Assembly: GCA_030390025.1 (NCBI GenBank)
Contig: CM059432.1
Location: forward strand, 44,394,001 to 44,458,000
DNA from: Squalus acanthias
Lineage: Eukaryota
Direction of reading: 5' to 3'
Length of the DNA stretch: 64,000 nt
Shown: positions 50,476 to 64,000 of the stretch, piece after piece
Numbering within the stretch: position 1 is the stretch's first letter
Layout: each line of letters begins with the position of its first letter
Position numbers and translations under genes: made by a program
Notes under the pieces: model-generated
Told to the model about the DNA's origin: nothing
The model's database searches: none
The model's input: the letters and a program-made list of their open reading frames with translations, nothing else

Positions 50476-52675
50476 CATGTGTTTAGTCCACAGGACTGCT
50501 CCCCTGGTGTAAGTGCCAGGGAGTGTATGCTGGAAATCTCCACTGCTGACCCCAACAAAATATCTGGGACCAGTGGGAGGTTGCCTGATTTGCATGTAAC
50601 TGGTAGGTCCCCATGACACTATGGGCGCATCTCGGCCACCCACTGGGAGGTGAAGGGGGGAATGGAACAGGCCACCACTTGTCAAGTTCCAGGCACCACC
50701 ATCAGGAAGAGATTATTTTAATGGGCCAATAAGTCCCATTTGCAAAGTGGCCAATGACAACAAAACATGCTGGCAATTTTTGGGGTCCAGGCCAGGATTC
50801 AGGCCTAGGCCTCCCAGGTGGGCCCCATCTATACAGGGCTAAGGGCTGGTATAGAGATTCCACCCCAAACATCTCCTCCAAAAACTGGTAGCAAGGTATC
50901 GGAGTCCAAGCCTAATTCCCAGGCCTGCTGCTGCACTCCCAATGCACCTATTCTGGGATTGTGTTGCAAAATCCCACTGATTTTTGGAGCCGTGTGTTTT
51001 AGTGTGTACGTGTAGGTGCGTGTTTGCGTGCGCCTGTGTACTTCTTCAGCCATCTGTTTTAAATTTTTCACAACAGCTGTGCTCCCTGTCTCAGCCTTTT
51101 CACCATAGCCACTTGGGCTATTTATACTGCTGACTATGAAAAGGGGAAGACAGGCACAACTGAATGTAAATTGTTTATTAATGTAAATGTTGTGGATGGT
51201 ACGCAGTAGAGAGACAGTACAGCAGAACAGCTACTGTAACACTAGGAACCAATTCACAAAAACCTTGTGGCTACTGTACAGTTGCTATACAAAATAATGC
51301 TCCTCTTCTGTGTCATTTTAAGATCAAATCACAGGGATTTACACGTTTCCCAAAGTATACGTCAATAGTGTCGAAAATTGCCTACTGGGCAAAAATAGTG
51401 TTAAGAAATAACATTTTAATTTTGTAGAAACAACTTAATTGCCAAAAGCTATTTTCACAGCAGAAAGACGCTCAAACCCTGGAGACAGTACACATAAGAG
51501 TCACATATTGATCTCTTTCCTCAGAAGACTATGAGAAAAGACTAAAGACACTTAAAATGTTCAGCCTTGATAGGAGAGCTGATCTTGTTGCTTCCATTAT
51601 TGCTCCACTGGTGTACTGGCAATTTAAGGAGCGGGTATACTGTACATCTGAGGGAAGGGTCCTGGGGACATGGTTCCTCAGAAACTTTTCATTTTCTATA
51701 ACTCTTGCAACTTAAATGGTCTTTGTTTCACTGCAGCTAGGAACACAAAGTGGACAAGCAACAGGCTCCACCTCTTGTTCAGAAGTATGAGCAGCCTGGC
51801 CCTGCACCATTTCAGAAACGTGCAGGAGGGACAGGTGGGAGGGCACTCATGTGCTGTGATTGTGGGTGATAGCATCATCATCTGAGTGCATTCCTGCCAT
51901 TTTACTAGTACTGGGCACTGGCTCTGCTTGCCACTGATTTGAAGTAGACCTACTGGCATCAATGAGATCAGGGAAGCCCCATGAGATGCATGTCTGCAAC
52001 CCAGTCCAATCGTTTTGAGACAACACTCTCCAATCTGTCACCCCAGGTCTCAGTAGGTCGGGTATCTGTAGGCCCTTAGAACATATGCCTTGGTGGCCTC
52101 TGCTGCATATTTCCTTGGAACTGTTGCATGGTCCAGAGTGGACTGCAATACTGCGAGGCCATGCTGCACATGCGATTAGTGAACTCCGCCACTCAACCTG
52201 CCACCTGAATCATAGCATCTGACACAGCCTCAGTGCCTGCACAGGTGTTTCATGCTCTGAGAGAATTATTTGAAAGCAGGACCTGTGAGATCTGGATCCC
52301 AGTGCTCTTCAGTTGAGGGGCCACATACCCCGACTGTCCTAAAGCAATGTGCTTCTCATCATGTTCTACCCCAGCTCCTTCTGCTCACTCATGCTCTGTG
52401 TCCAATGTACTCCCCTCTGACTCACTCTCTAATTCCCTTGGGATGATGCCTTTGTCTTTCTTGCGAGCGAGTAGTGAGTGACAGTGCATTCTTTGAAGTG
52501 CTGCCAGGGCCAGGCCTCTGCTTACATTCAGGTTTTGCCTGAGCAGAAAATTTAGGCTTTGAAGTGCAAGTAAGAGATGTATTAATCTCTCTACCTTATG
52601 TAAGTTCTATATATTAAATGGATACTTAAGCATCAGTAAAATAAAATAAAATAAACATTTGTTAATGCAATCTAT

Positions 52676-53527
52676 GGCTGGAATTTTGCCGGTCCTCGGC
52701 GTGCGGGATTGGAGGCGGGACCGCTGTCAAAATCGCAAAGATTGACAGCGGGTAGGAAACCCGCTGTCAACCCGCCTCCAATCAATCTTCCCAAGTGTCG
52801 GGTTCTCAATTTGCACATGGACCTGACACCTAACGGCAGGAAGAGGATTATAGCCACTTACCTGGCTGTTAACAGGTACTTGATACTTGTTAACAGGCTC
52901 TTTTTCAATTTTGCTGCTTCTGCCTCGGGTTCCCTGACGTCCGGACACCACGCCAGGTAAGTGTGGCATGTTGTGAGTCTGCTGTAATGTTTCTGCATTG
53001 ATGACAGCTGCAGAAATGGTGTGAAGGATCCAATGGTACACTGGTGAGTTTCAGAGGTAAGAAAATGTTGGGAAAATCATTTTTAATGCTTTTACACTTT
53101 TCTGTAGGTAACAAGTTTTGAATTGGCTGTCTAGTGCCACCTCATTGGGAGAACCTCTCTCACCAGTGACAGATCACTTCTGTAACCTCACCTGCAGCTG
53201 CCATCTGTTCTAGCCTATGGAGGGAGTCACTGGAGAGCCTGGATGCAAGAGCTCACCGTTGTACAGTCATTGTCAGTGTTTGCAGCACCTCAATGCTGTT
53301 AAACACTGAGAAATGAGCTGTCAAAGAAAAATTGAGCGTGGTCCCTTTAAGAAATGACGTCATCTGACCGGTTTCCTCTTAATTGGCCGGCAAGCCCGCA
53401 GGGCAGGCTTAATAAGGTCAATCAGCATAAAATCACGTCCGTGGGCCGGATGCAGTTGGGGGCGGGACTGGAACCCGGAAACCAGCTGACCCGCTCCCAA
53501 GCCGCATCCATTTGCAAAATCACGGCC
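52676..53527. mobile_element. Non-autonomous Harbinger derivative
   Basis: GGCTGGAATTTTGC / GCAAAATCACGGCC; flanks TAT / GAT. Confidence 0.65.
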
Positions 53528-54767
53528 GATGTTTAATGATTACGGCATAGATCACTCAAGCTTAAGAACTGTTGCTTTTACAAATTACTAATATAAGTTT
53601 CAAATCTACAATGTTGATATGACAACCCTTAAATTACTTTTTGTAGTGCTTTAACACACAGGCTGAGCATTTGATGTCAAGAGCAATGTCCCAAAATATA
53701 TAAACAGCTTTCATTAGTTTTTACACAGGTCGTTTTTTTCAACATTCATTTGACAGAGTACTCTTCAAGGACAGCTGAAGGTTACTTATTCTGTGGCACT
53801 AATGCATCACTCAAATCATGATGCAAAAAAATTTAAATGTTATTTTTCTTTCCAATGCACAGATTGCTTTCTGTGCAACAATCACTTGCCTTATCCTCTG
53901 GTGCAACAGAAAACAAAATAAGTGCTCGTCATCTGATATGCACTATAACACTGGGGGATAAAGGAGAAGGACCATCAACAAACCCATCAAACGGGGAAAA
54001 GGTAACCTACCAATTACTTTTCTTTACAGTAACATTGTTTCCATGTTTGACACAGAAATATAACTGTGTGGGTGGGTACGGAAAGCAGAGCAGACATCTT
54101 TTACAAATAAGGAGCTGAATGCTAGATATTAGTGCATGTTTATCACATTAGACAGCTTCCTGAGATGCAATTAGAACCCAACACTGAATATTTAACACAT
54201 GCTACCCAGTTGTAAGCAGTCAATACCTTTTACAGCCAATGTGAATTCTGACTATTCTAATTCACAGATTAGTTTGAGTTTCTTGACTGCAATCTGTTCA
54301 TTTTTATGTGTCATTATTTTCACATAAGCAATTAAACAATTAAGAGTCCTTTGCTTATAAGATGATATTCATATTTATGTGTTACTCCATTTGACAAACC
54401 CTCAAGCAAGAGCAAAGAATTCTCTTGTAAAATTTCTGGCTCTGATTTTCTGTTATCATGATATTTCTACTTCTGAAAGTTGATAACAAGAGGAATCTGA
54501 TATGGTCAGATTGTACTTACGATAACTTCTTGCTATGTTAAGAGAAATCTTTACATTGGAGTTCAATTAATTCTACTATATGACATTTGTGTAAAATAAA
54601 GTCCAAAGTTAAACCATCTTTTATTTTTAATAATTTTGCTCACAGGTCATTTAAGATTTTGCTGCTGTTCAACTGACAAAGACTTTTTCCCAAATGACTC
54701 TTGCAAAGGAGATCTTGATGGCTGCACACTCTCTTTTAACCCTAAATTGCATCAAGGATGAGCTAAT

Positions 54768-55316
54768 GGGTCTGGATTTTTCTTCATCTGCTAAAAGTAG
54801 GTCAGGTAGGGCATCCGTCCAGTGGCCCAACCTCACCATGAACCCTACCCATTATCCTGGGTTGGGGTCAATTGCGTATGCTGGTAGGGCTCTCAACAGG
54901 ATCTCAGCTTTGCCAGGAAGCAAAATGCCGTGGTGCTACAGCGGGGCACTCATGGCAGCACTAAAGATAATGGCTGCACTCTTAAAGGGACCAGAAGCCC
55001 CCCCCAAAGGTGCAGCATAACTAAGCGTTCCATGTCTCTGAATGAGCCCTTTTAGCGACCGTGCCAGCAATTAGAGAGGAAAAGGTCATCAAACTGAGGT
55101 CTTCTCTTTACTTTAATGGATTTCTTCTGCTATCGGCCACAACAGTCCTTCTACCGACTCCCCGGTAACACTCTTGCAGTGGGTTGGTAGTATTGTTCGG
55201 AAGTCAGGGAAATCAGTTGGTGTCCCAAGCCCCACCTTTTCGACATCAAAGTTGGGCAAAAGGTATGTGGATAACATTCGTGCCAGTTGTCGAGGCGGGG
55301 CAAATTTCAAAGGCCA
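54768..55316. mobile_element. Harbinger-type MITE remnant
   Basis: GGGTCTGGATTTT...AAATTTCAAAGGCC; GC-richer than flanks. Confidence 0.4.
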
Positions 55317-56059
55317 GATATGGGGTAAGGATTCAACGCTAAGCCTCCTCGCCTCATTTTCCTCAGTGCATCACACCAGAATACCTAAAAATGGGCAGAT
55401 TCCCAAAAGAAACTCTTGGCCATCCTATCTGGATATGATTGGGCAGCTGGTGCTGCAGACAAGGTAACTTGTCCTGCATTAGCAATTTTAGTTTGAAGTT
55501 AGAAAGTTGCATCAGATTGACCTGTTGCTTTATCACTGTGAGATCACAAATAGAATTTTATTTTTATTTCTGTTGATATTTCCCCATACAAATGTTGCAT
55601 ACACAATTAGGGCATATTAGCGTATAATTTAATCAGAGTTAATAATTTCTGCGGACACCCATCAATATTGGTATCTGTGCTTGGGAGCTTGTCACTGCAG
55701 GAAATAGCTGTTGGCTGCAGGATTTCAATGCCTGCAGCAGCTTTAAGGGCCAGGCAGCATCCTCAAATGGGAACATGGAATAAAGCTGGCTCCAAACTTC
55801 AGAAATTATAGCAGTATCTGAAGAAAAACCTTGCTTGCCTCTCTTCTTTAAAGTGCTTTCTGTGCCAATTAAAATTCACTTTTGCAATTTGTAGCCCCAG
55901 CTATGTTGGATGCCTGTTTTATACGGGGGATACTTAGCATCTGGCGTTGATGAGGTGGTTGTGACAGAAAACGGAATGTATGACATCAGCTCCTCATTTA
56001 ACTATACCCTCCTATATTTGGGTGGGTGCTTCCAGCGACTGGTGGAAGTTCTGCTGAAG

Positions 56060-57345
56060 AAACAATTGGAGATATGACATTATGGGGTCTCAAAGGAAGC
56101 TCATGGATTTGTTAAGGGAAGGTCCTGTCTGACTAATTTGATTGCATTGTTTAAAGAGGTAACAAGGAGGGTCGATGAGGGTAGTGTGTTTGTAGTCTAC
56201 ATGGATTTTAGCAAGGCTTTTGACAAGGTCCCACACGGCAGACTGGTCTGAAAAGTAAAAGCCCACGGGATCCAAGGGAAAGTGGCAAGTTGGATCCAAA
56301 ATTGGCTCAGAGGCAGAAAGCAAAGGGTAATGGTCGATGGGTTTGTTTGTGACTGGAAGGTTGTTTCCAGTGAGGTTCTGCAGGGCTCAGTACTAGATCC
56401 CTTACTTTTTGTGGTATATATCAATGATTTAGACTTCATTGTAGGGGCATGATTAAGAAGTTTGCAGATGATACAAAAATTGGCCATGTGGTTGATAGTG
56501 AGGAAAAAAGCTGTAGACTGCAGGAAGATATCAATGGACTGGTCAGGTGGGCAGAAAAGTGGCAAATGGAATTCAATCTGGAGTGTGAGGTAATGCATTT
56601 GGGGAGGGCTAACAAGTCAAGGGAATACACAATAAATGGTAGGATACTGAGAAGTGTAGAGGAACAGAGGGACCTTGGAGTGCATGTCCACAGATCCCTG
56701 ATGGTAGCAGGACAGGTAGATAAAGTGGTTAAGAAGGCATACGGGATACTTTCCTTTATTAGCTGAGGCATAGAATATAAGAGCAGAGAGGTTATGCTTA
56801 AACTGTATAAAACACTAGTTAGGCCACAGCTAGAGTACTGCGTACAGCTCTGGTTACCACGTTGTAGGAAGGACGTGATTTCACTAGAGACGGTACAGAG
56901 GAGATTTAAGAGGATGTTGCCAGGACTAGAGAATTTTAGCTATGAGGAAAGATTGGATAGGCTAAGGATGTTTTCTTTGAACAGAGGTGGCTGAGGGGAG
57001 ACTTGATTGAGGTGTATAAAATTATGAGGGGCCTAGATAGAGTGGACAGGAAGGGCCTATTTCTCTTAGCAGAGAGGTCAATAACCAGGGGGCATAGATT
57101 TAATGTAACTGGTAGAAGGATTAGAGGGGAGTTGAGGAAAAAGAAATTCCAGCCAGAGGGTGTTGGAGTCTGGAACTCACTGTCTGAAAGCGTGGTAGAG
57201 GCAGAAACCCTCATCACCTTTAAAAAGTACTTGGATATGCACTTGAAGTGCTGCAACCTACAGGGCTACGGACCAAGAGCTGCAAAGTGGGATTAGGCCG
57301 GATACCACTTTTACAGCCAGCACAGGCATGATTCTATGATTTTAT
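56060..57345 (+). mobile_element. CR1 LINE, decayed
   Basis: MDFSKAFDKV, FADD and RPQLEYCVQ; ATTCTATG tail. Confidence 0.9.
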
Positions 57346-57459
57346 GAAGGAAGGAACATAAGAACAGGAGTAGGCCATTCAGCCCCTCGAGTCAGTTCTG
57401 CCATCAAATTAGATCATGGACGATCTGTATCTTAACTCCATCTACCCGTCTTGGTTCCA

Positions 57460-59985
57460 TACCGCCCTCTCAGCTGATGAATCAGTACTCCTCCATATTG
57501 AACACCACTTGGAAGAAGCACTGAGAGTAGCAAGGGCACAGAATGTACTCTGGGTGGGGGACTTCAATGTCCATCACCAAGAGTGGCTCGGTAGCACCAC
57601 TACTGACTGAGCTGGCCAAGTCCTGAAGGACATAGCTGCCAGTCTGGGCCAGCGACAGTTGGTGAGGGAACCAACACGAGGGAAAAACCTACTTGACAAT
57701 GTCCTCACCAATCTACCTGTCACAGATGCATCAGTCCATGACAGCATTGGTAGCAGTGACCACCGCACAGTCATTGTGAAGACGAAGTTCCGTCTTCACG
57801 CTAAGCACACCCTCCATTGTGTTGTGTGGCACTACCACTGTGCTAAATGGGATAGATTCAGAACAGATCTAGCAGCTCAAAACTGGGCATCCATGAGGCG
57901 CTGTAGGCCATCAACAGCAGCAGAATTGTATTCCATCACAATCTGTAACCTCATGGCCTGGCATATCCCTCACTCTACCATTACCATCAAGCCAGGGGAC
58001 CAACCTAGTTCAATAAGGAGTGTAGAAGAGCATGCCAGGAGCAGCACCAGGCATACCTAAAAAACTGGGGAAGCTGCAACACAGGACTACATGAATGCTA
58101 AAAAGCGGAAGCAGCATGCTATAGACAGAGCTAAGCGATCCCACAATCAACGGATCAGATCAAAGCTCTGCAGTCCTGCCACATCCAGTCGTGAATGGTG
58201 GTGGACCATCAAACAACTAATGGGAGGAGGAGGCTCCATGAATATCCCCATCCTCAATGATGGTAGAGCCCAGCACATGAGTGCAAAAGACAAAGCTGAA
58301 GCAGTTGCAACCATCTTCAGCCAGAAGTGCCAAGTGGATGATCCATATCGGCCTCCTCCTGAGGTCTCCAACACCACAGAAGCCAGTCTTCGATTCACTC
58401 CATGTGATATCAAGAAATGGCTGAGCGCACTTGATACAGCAAAGGCTGTGGGCCCAACAACATCACAGCTGTCGTGCTGAAGACTTGTGCTCCAGAAATA
58501 GCCACGCGTCCAGCTAAGCTGTTTCAATACAGCTATAACACTGACATCTATCCGACAATGTGGAAAACTGCCCAGGTATGTCCTGTCCACAAAAAGCAGG
58601 ACAAATCTAATCCGGCCAATTACCGCCCCATCAGTCTACTCTCAATCATCAGCAAAGTGATGGAAGGTGTCGTCGACAGTACTCACCAATAACCTGCGCA
58701 CTGATGCCCAGTTTGGGTTCCGCCAGGACCACTTGGCTCCTGACCTCGTTACAGCCTTGACCCTAACATGGACAAAAGAGCTGAATTCCAGAGGTGAGAT
58801 GAGTGTGACTGCCCTTGACATCAAGGCAGCATTTGACTGAGTGTGGCATCAAGGAGCCCTAGTAAAACTGAAGTCAATGGGAATCGGGGGGGGGGGGGGG
58901 GGGGGAACTCTCCACTGGCTGGAGTCATACCTAGCACAAAGGAAGATGGTTGTGGTGGTTGGAGATCAATCATCACAGCCCCAGGACATTGCTGCAGGAG
59001 TTCCTCAGGGCAGTGTCCTAGGCCCAACCATCTTCAGCTGCTTCATCAATGACCTTCCCTCCATCATAAGGTCAGAAGTGGGGGTGTTCGCTGATGACTG
59101 CACAGTGTTCAGTGCCATTCGCAACTCCTCAGATAAAGAAGCAGTCCATGCCCGCAGGCAGTAAGACCTGGATGGCATTCAGGCTTGGGTTGATAAGTAA
59201 CATTCGCGCCACACAAGTGCCAGGCAATGATTATCTACAACAAGCAAGCATCTAACCACCGACCCTTGACATTCAACGGCATTACCATCGCTGAATCCCC
59301 CACCATCAATATCCTAGGGGGGTCACCATTGTCCAGAAACTTAACTGGACCAGCCACGTAAATACTGCGTCAACAAGAGCAGGTCAGAGGATGGGTATTC
59401 GACGGCGAGTGTCTTACCTCCTGACTCCCCAAAGCCTTTCCACCATCTACAAGGCACAAGTCAGGAGTGTGATGGAATACTCTCCACTTGCCTGGATGAG
59501 TGCAGCTCCAACAACACTCAAGAAGCTTGACGCCATCCAGGACAAAGCAGCCCACTTGATTGGCACCCCATCCACCACCTTAAACATTCACTCCCTCCAC
59601 CACCGGTGCACCGTGGCTGCAGTGTGTACCATCTACAAGATGCACTGCAGCAACTCACCAAGGCTTCTTCGGCAGCACCTCCCAAACCCGCGACCTCTTC
59701 CACCTAGAAGGACAAGGGCAGCAGGCGCATGGGAACACCATCACCTCCAAGTCCCCCTCCAAGTCACACAACCTGACTTGGACAGTATATCGCTGTTCCT
59801 TCATCGTCACTGGGTCAAATTCCTGGAACTCCCTCTCGAACAGCACTGTGGGAGTACCTTCACCACACGGACTGCAGCGGTTCAAGAAGACGGCTCACCA
59901 CCACCTTCTCAAGGGCAACTAGGGATGGGTAATAAATGCTGGCCTGGCCAGTGATGCCCACATCCAACGAACAAATAAAGAAAAA
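57460..59985 (+). mobile_element. Non-LTR LINE lineage B, most of ORF2 (APE plus RT), decayed
   Basis: [30 protein letters not shown] and FADD; A-rich tail. Confidence 0.9.
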
Positions 59986-60189
59986 CCCCTTAATACCCTT
60001 ATCAGTCTCAGTTTATAAATTCTCAATTGACATAGCCTCAACAGATTTTTGGGGGAGAGAGATTTACATTTCCACTACCCTTTGTGTGAAAAAGTGCTTC
60101 CTGACATCACCCCTGAATGGCCTAGGTCTAATTTTAAGTTATGTCCCCTTGTTCTGAACTTCCCCACCAGAAGAAATATTTTCTTTCTA

Positions 60190-61227
60190 TAAGAACATAA
60201 GACGTATGAGCAGGAGTAGGTCATTTGGCCCCTCGAGCCTGCTCCTCTATTCAATAAGATCATGGCTGATCTGATCTTGGCCTCAACTCCACTTCCCTGC
60301 CCGCTCCCCATAACCCTTGACTCCCTTACCTTTCAAAAATCTGTCTATCTCCACCTTAAATATATTCAATGACCCAGCCTCCACAGCTCTCTGAGGAAGA
60401 GAATTCCAAAGATTCACGACCCTCTGAGAGAAGAAATTCCTCCTCATTTCCGATTTAAAAGAGTGCCCCCTTATTCTGAAATTATGCTCCCTAGTTCTAG
60501 ATTCCCCCACGAGGGGAAACATCTTCTCTGCACCTACCCTGTCAAGCCCCTTCAGAATCTTATATGTTTCAATAAGCTCCCCTCTCATTCTTCTAAACTC
60601 CAATGAGTATAGGCCCAACCTGCTCAACCTTTCTTCATAAGACAACCCCTTCATCTCTGGAATCAACCTCATGAACCTTCTCTGAACTGCCTCCAATGCA
60701 AGTATATCCTGCCTTAAATAAGGAGACCAAAACTGTACGCAGTACTCCAGGTGTGGTCTCACTGGAGTACAGCTCTAACAGGACTTCCCCATTCCCTTTG
60801 CAATAAAGGCCAAAATTCCATTTGCCTTCCTAATTACTTGCTGTAGCTGCATGCTAACTTTTTGTGATTCATGTACAAGGACCCCCAGATCCCTCTGTAC
60901 CTCAGCATTTTGTAATCTCTCCCCATTTAAATAATAATTTGCTTTTTTATTTTTCCTACCAAAGTGGATAACCTCGCATTTTCACACATTAAACTCCATC
61001 TGCCAGATTTTTGCCCACTCACTTAACTATCTATATCCCTTTGAAGATTCTTTGCGTCCTCCACACAATTTGCTTTCCCACCTATCTTTGTATCATCAGC
61101 AAATTTGGCTACATTACACTCAGTCCCTTCATCCAAGTCATCAATATGGATTGTAAATAGTTGAGGCCCCAGCACTGATCCCTGCGGCATCCCACTAGTT
61201 ACAGTTTGCCAACCTGAAAATGACCCA
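60190..61227 (-). mobile_element. CR1 LINE 3' fragment
   Basis: 159-aa ORF RPHLEYCVQFW...GKWS*; CR1 tail at 60190. Confidence 0.9.
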
Positions 61228-62589
61228 TATCTACCCTATCAACTCCTTCAATCACCTAATAAATCTCAATTAGATCACCCTTAATCTTCTATACTTAAGG
61301 GAATACAACCTTAGTCTATGCAACTATGCAACAAGCCTACCCATCCCTTTTTCATCCCCAAAGCATCCAGTACTACTGGAAAATGGGCAAACAAATAGGA
61401 GAAAATTCAGCTTAATGGTTTTTATATTAATGAGATACAAACACATGAATAATGCCTGTCATTGCAAAGCTTGTACTACTATAGCTCGTTGACTATAACA
61501 GTAAAGAGTTGCTCATGTGCTTATAAGTGTACACAAAAGATATATAAAAATCAAGCAGAATATAAATAACTCTAGGGCCCAACACAAGACAAAATCCTGT
61601 CACTGAATATTAACAGTATGGCTGGAACATCAGGGTTTGTCATCATTTATGGAGTTTTGCTGCCAGGGGTTTCAATTCCAATAAATATGTAAATTAAGCA
61701 TCTGAGGCACAGGCTAACTTAATAGAAGAGGAAGTATGTGGAAATTTTATACAACCACTCATGAGCAATTTCAATCTTCCAAGCCTAGACTAAGTGCACT
61801 ATATTCTTATATTTAAGAAAAGTGCAGAATTCGCTTGGTACCAGATTTGGGGTTATTGAAATTATATTTGTCTGCGATTATAAGTAGACACAATCATCAG
61901 AAACCTTTTAGTTGTGAGCCAGAAACAGGGATATCAGCGACATTTCAGACATATTGTTACTCTGAATATAATAAAGGACTCTGAATGGCCTCAGCAGGAA
62001 TTTACATACAAGTCAGGTGACAATTTTGTACTAAATTAATTTTGTGTAATACATGGTGGGACTGAATATCCATTGGGTATCAATCCTGGCATAACTGCCA
62101 GGATCCACCTGCTGGGACCTGTCATCACTAACCCTAGACGATGGGTATTATTTACGCTGGCTGGCAGCTGCCTCATCTCACCCGATATACTGGCAGCTCG
62201 GCGGATTCCAGGTTGGGGCCAAGGTAACTCCTGGCTTGGGAGTCCCATCCGCCTGGCCATGCTTCTTCCAATGCAGGGGACCATGTTTGGGGCAGACAAA
62301 GGTTCTGCCACAAGCAAGATCCGTGGAAAATAGCAGCCAGTCTATCTGAATTTCAGCCGAATTCACAAGACTTCTACCACACTCCTACCTGAGTTATGGC
62401 GAGAATGCACTAGAAGGCCCGTGGATTTTCAGGGGTCCACGCACCAGGAATATGTGATCAATATGATAGTACTAAGAGCTGTGATGAAAGACATTGCAGA
62501 AATTTTGAAATAAAAAGAAGAAACACAAATGCTGAGGGTGCAGTAATAGGATCAGCCTTTATTAGCCAGGGATTAAAGCCTGAAACATA

Positions 62590-62722
62590 GGCTGGAAATT
62601 TCTTTGGATTCATTTCCGCTCCGCAACTGTAACTTGTCTGGAAGTGTGGCAGCACGTTACCCCTACACTTGCAGTGAAGGCACAGCGGCAGAGCAGAAGC
62701 AGCTCCTAGGAAATTCCTGGCC
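62590..62722. mobile_element. 133-bp Harbinger-type MITE
   Basis: GGCTGGAAATTTC / GGAAATTCCTGGCC; TSD ATA. Confidence 0.65.
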
Positions 62723-63528
62723 ATAGTTTCTCCACAAAACCTGTGGCTGAGCATGGGAGATCTTCAGAAAGAATAATGGAGGTCCAGAACCATCACATAG
62801 TATCGCTAATGCTGACAGCCTGGTAAAATAAAGATAGCCTTAGGCCCACTGCCTGTCCTGGTGCAAAGGGGAATGCCAATAAACAAGAACAGATACAGAA
62901 CCTAGCAAGAGAATGGTGTCACCATGATAGGCCAACTCCTCCACAAGGGACAGAACAGTTGACTAATAAAATCCACCTTATGCAGTCAGTCTTACTCTAT
63001 ATACAGTACCTCCAAATAAAGAAATTCTCTCAAAACAACCCAGCAAAACTCCAGTGTAAATTACGGCCCAGAATATTACCTGTAAAATCTCCCACACACG
63101 TGTCTCCGCCCTATATGTGTCGTTTACTTTCTTGGCAGCAGCTGATTTAGAGAAGGCCACTGATTAAGGCATTGGCTACCAGATAATAGAGAAGGAATGG
63201 GGACATGTATGGAGGCAAATGCTCAAAGCATCCACATACAACAGAATACAAAGAGGTAAAATCACCTAAATGCACCATACACTGATGCCACAAATCTGTT
63301 TGTACTCGCTCCCGGCAGAGGAATGTTGTAAGAGCTACGGCAAAAAAGACATTTACACAAGAGACATTGGTCCAGAATTTGCGGTGGGTAATGAAGGTGA
63401 ACTGTCAACATTCGCTGTCATTACCCCTCTGAAATTGACCGCAACTTCAGGATTTAGCTATTACTGTCATTTTTTACTTTAATGTCACAAAGGTTTACAG
63501 CAAAAGAGGTAATTCAGCCCATATCGTA

Positions 63529-63705
63529 GGGTGCGGTAGCATAGTGGTTATGCTACTCGACTAGCAATCCAGAGGCTTGAACTAATAATCTGGATACATG
63601 AGTTCAAATCCGACCATGGCAGTTTTTGAATTTGAATCCAGTTAATTAAATAAATCTGGAATAGTCAATAATGGTGACCATGAAGCTATTGAATTGTCGT
63701 AAAAG
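63529..63705 (+). mobile_element. 5' part of the SINE seen at 29735
   Basis: Same A and B boxes and AATGGTGACCATGAA body. Confidence 0.75.
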
Positions 63706-63707
63706 TC

Positions 63708-64000
63708 GTATTGGTAGCAGTGACCAACGCACAATCATTGTGGAGACGAATTCCCATCTTCACACTGAGGACACCCTCCATCGTGCTGTGTGGCACTACC
63801 ACCGTGCTAAATGGGATAGATTCAGAACAATCTAGCAGCTCAAAACTGGGCATCCATGAGGCGCTGTGGGCCATCAGCAGCAGCAGAATTGTATTCCACC
63901 ACAATCTGTAACCTCATGGCCCGGCATATCCCTCACTCTACCATTACCATCAAGCCAGGGGACCAATGCTAGTTCAATAAGGAGTGTAGAAGAGCATGCC
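63708..64000 (+). mobile_element. LINE lineage B fragment running off the window
   Basis: Colinear with ~57746-58035. Confidence 0.85.

Larger units (their letters stand above)
57352..61325 (-). mobile_element. CR1 3' fragment split by two insertions (pieces ~57352-57460, 59985-60190, 61228-61325)
   Basis: Tail, UTR and terminal ORF2 pieces are in the correct order on the minus strand. Confidence 0.65.

Noticed and set aside
51690..52560. Possible decayed Harbinger Myb exon (also ~46780-47260)
   Set aside because: Composition is suggestive, but I could not align convincing motifs

Overview
Eukaryotic, repeat-dominated DNA; the repeat families suggest a shark or other cartilaginous fish (inference). 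The only host coding sequence I can support is one 137-bp minus-strand exon of NECAB1 (21086-21222), so the window is most likely two very large introns of that gene. These are filled with nested mobile elements: CR1 LINEs (one with a nearly intact ORF2), a second LINE lineage with its partner SINE, RTE fragments, a DeuSINE-type SINE, two solo LTRs of about 1.5 kb, Penelope-like remnants carrying minimal hammerhead ribozymes, at least five PIF/Harbinger elements (DDE transposase and/or spliced Myb/SANT gene) and many MITEs. I found no clearly new multi-gene system. The best leads are a young 263-bp Penelope-type fold-back encoding a hammerhead on each strand, Harbinger MITEs carrying promoter motifs and splice donors, a head-to-head Harbinger fusion, and two unexplained exon-like ORFs. 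All family names come from recall of motifs; no database search was run.
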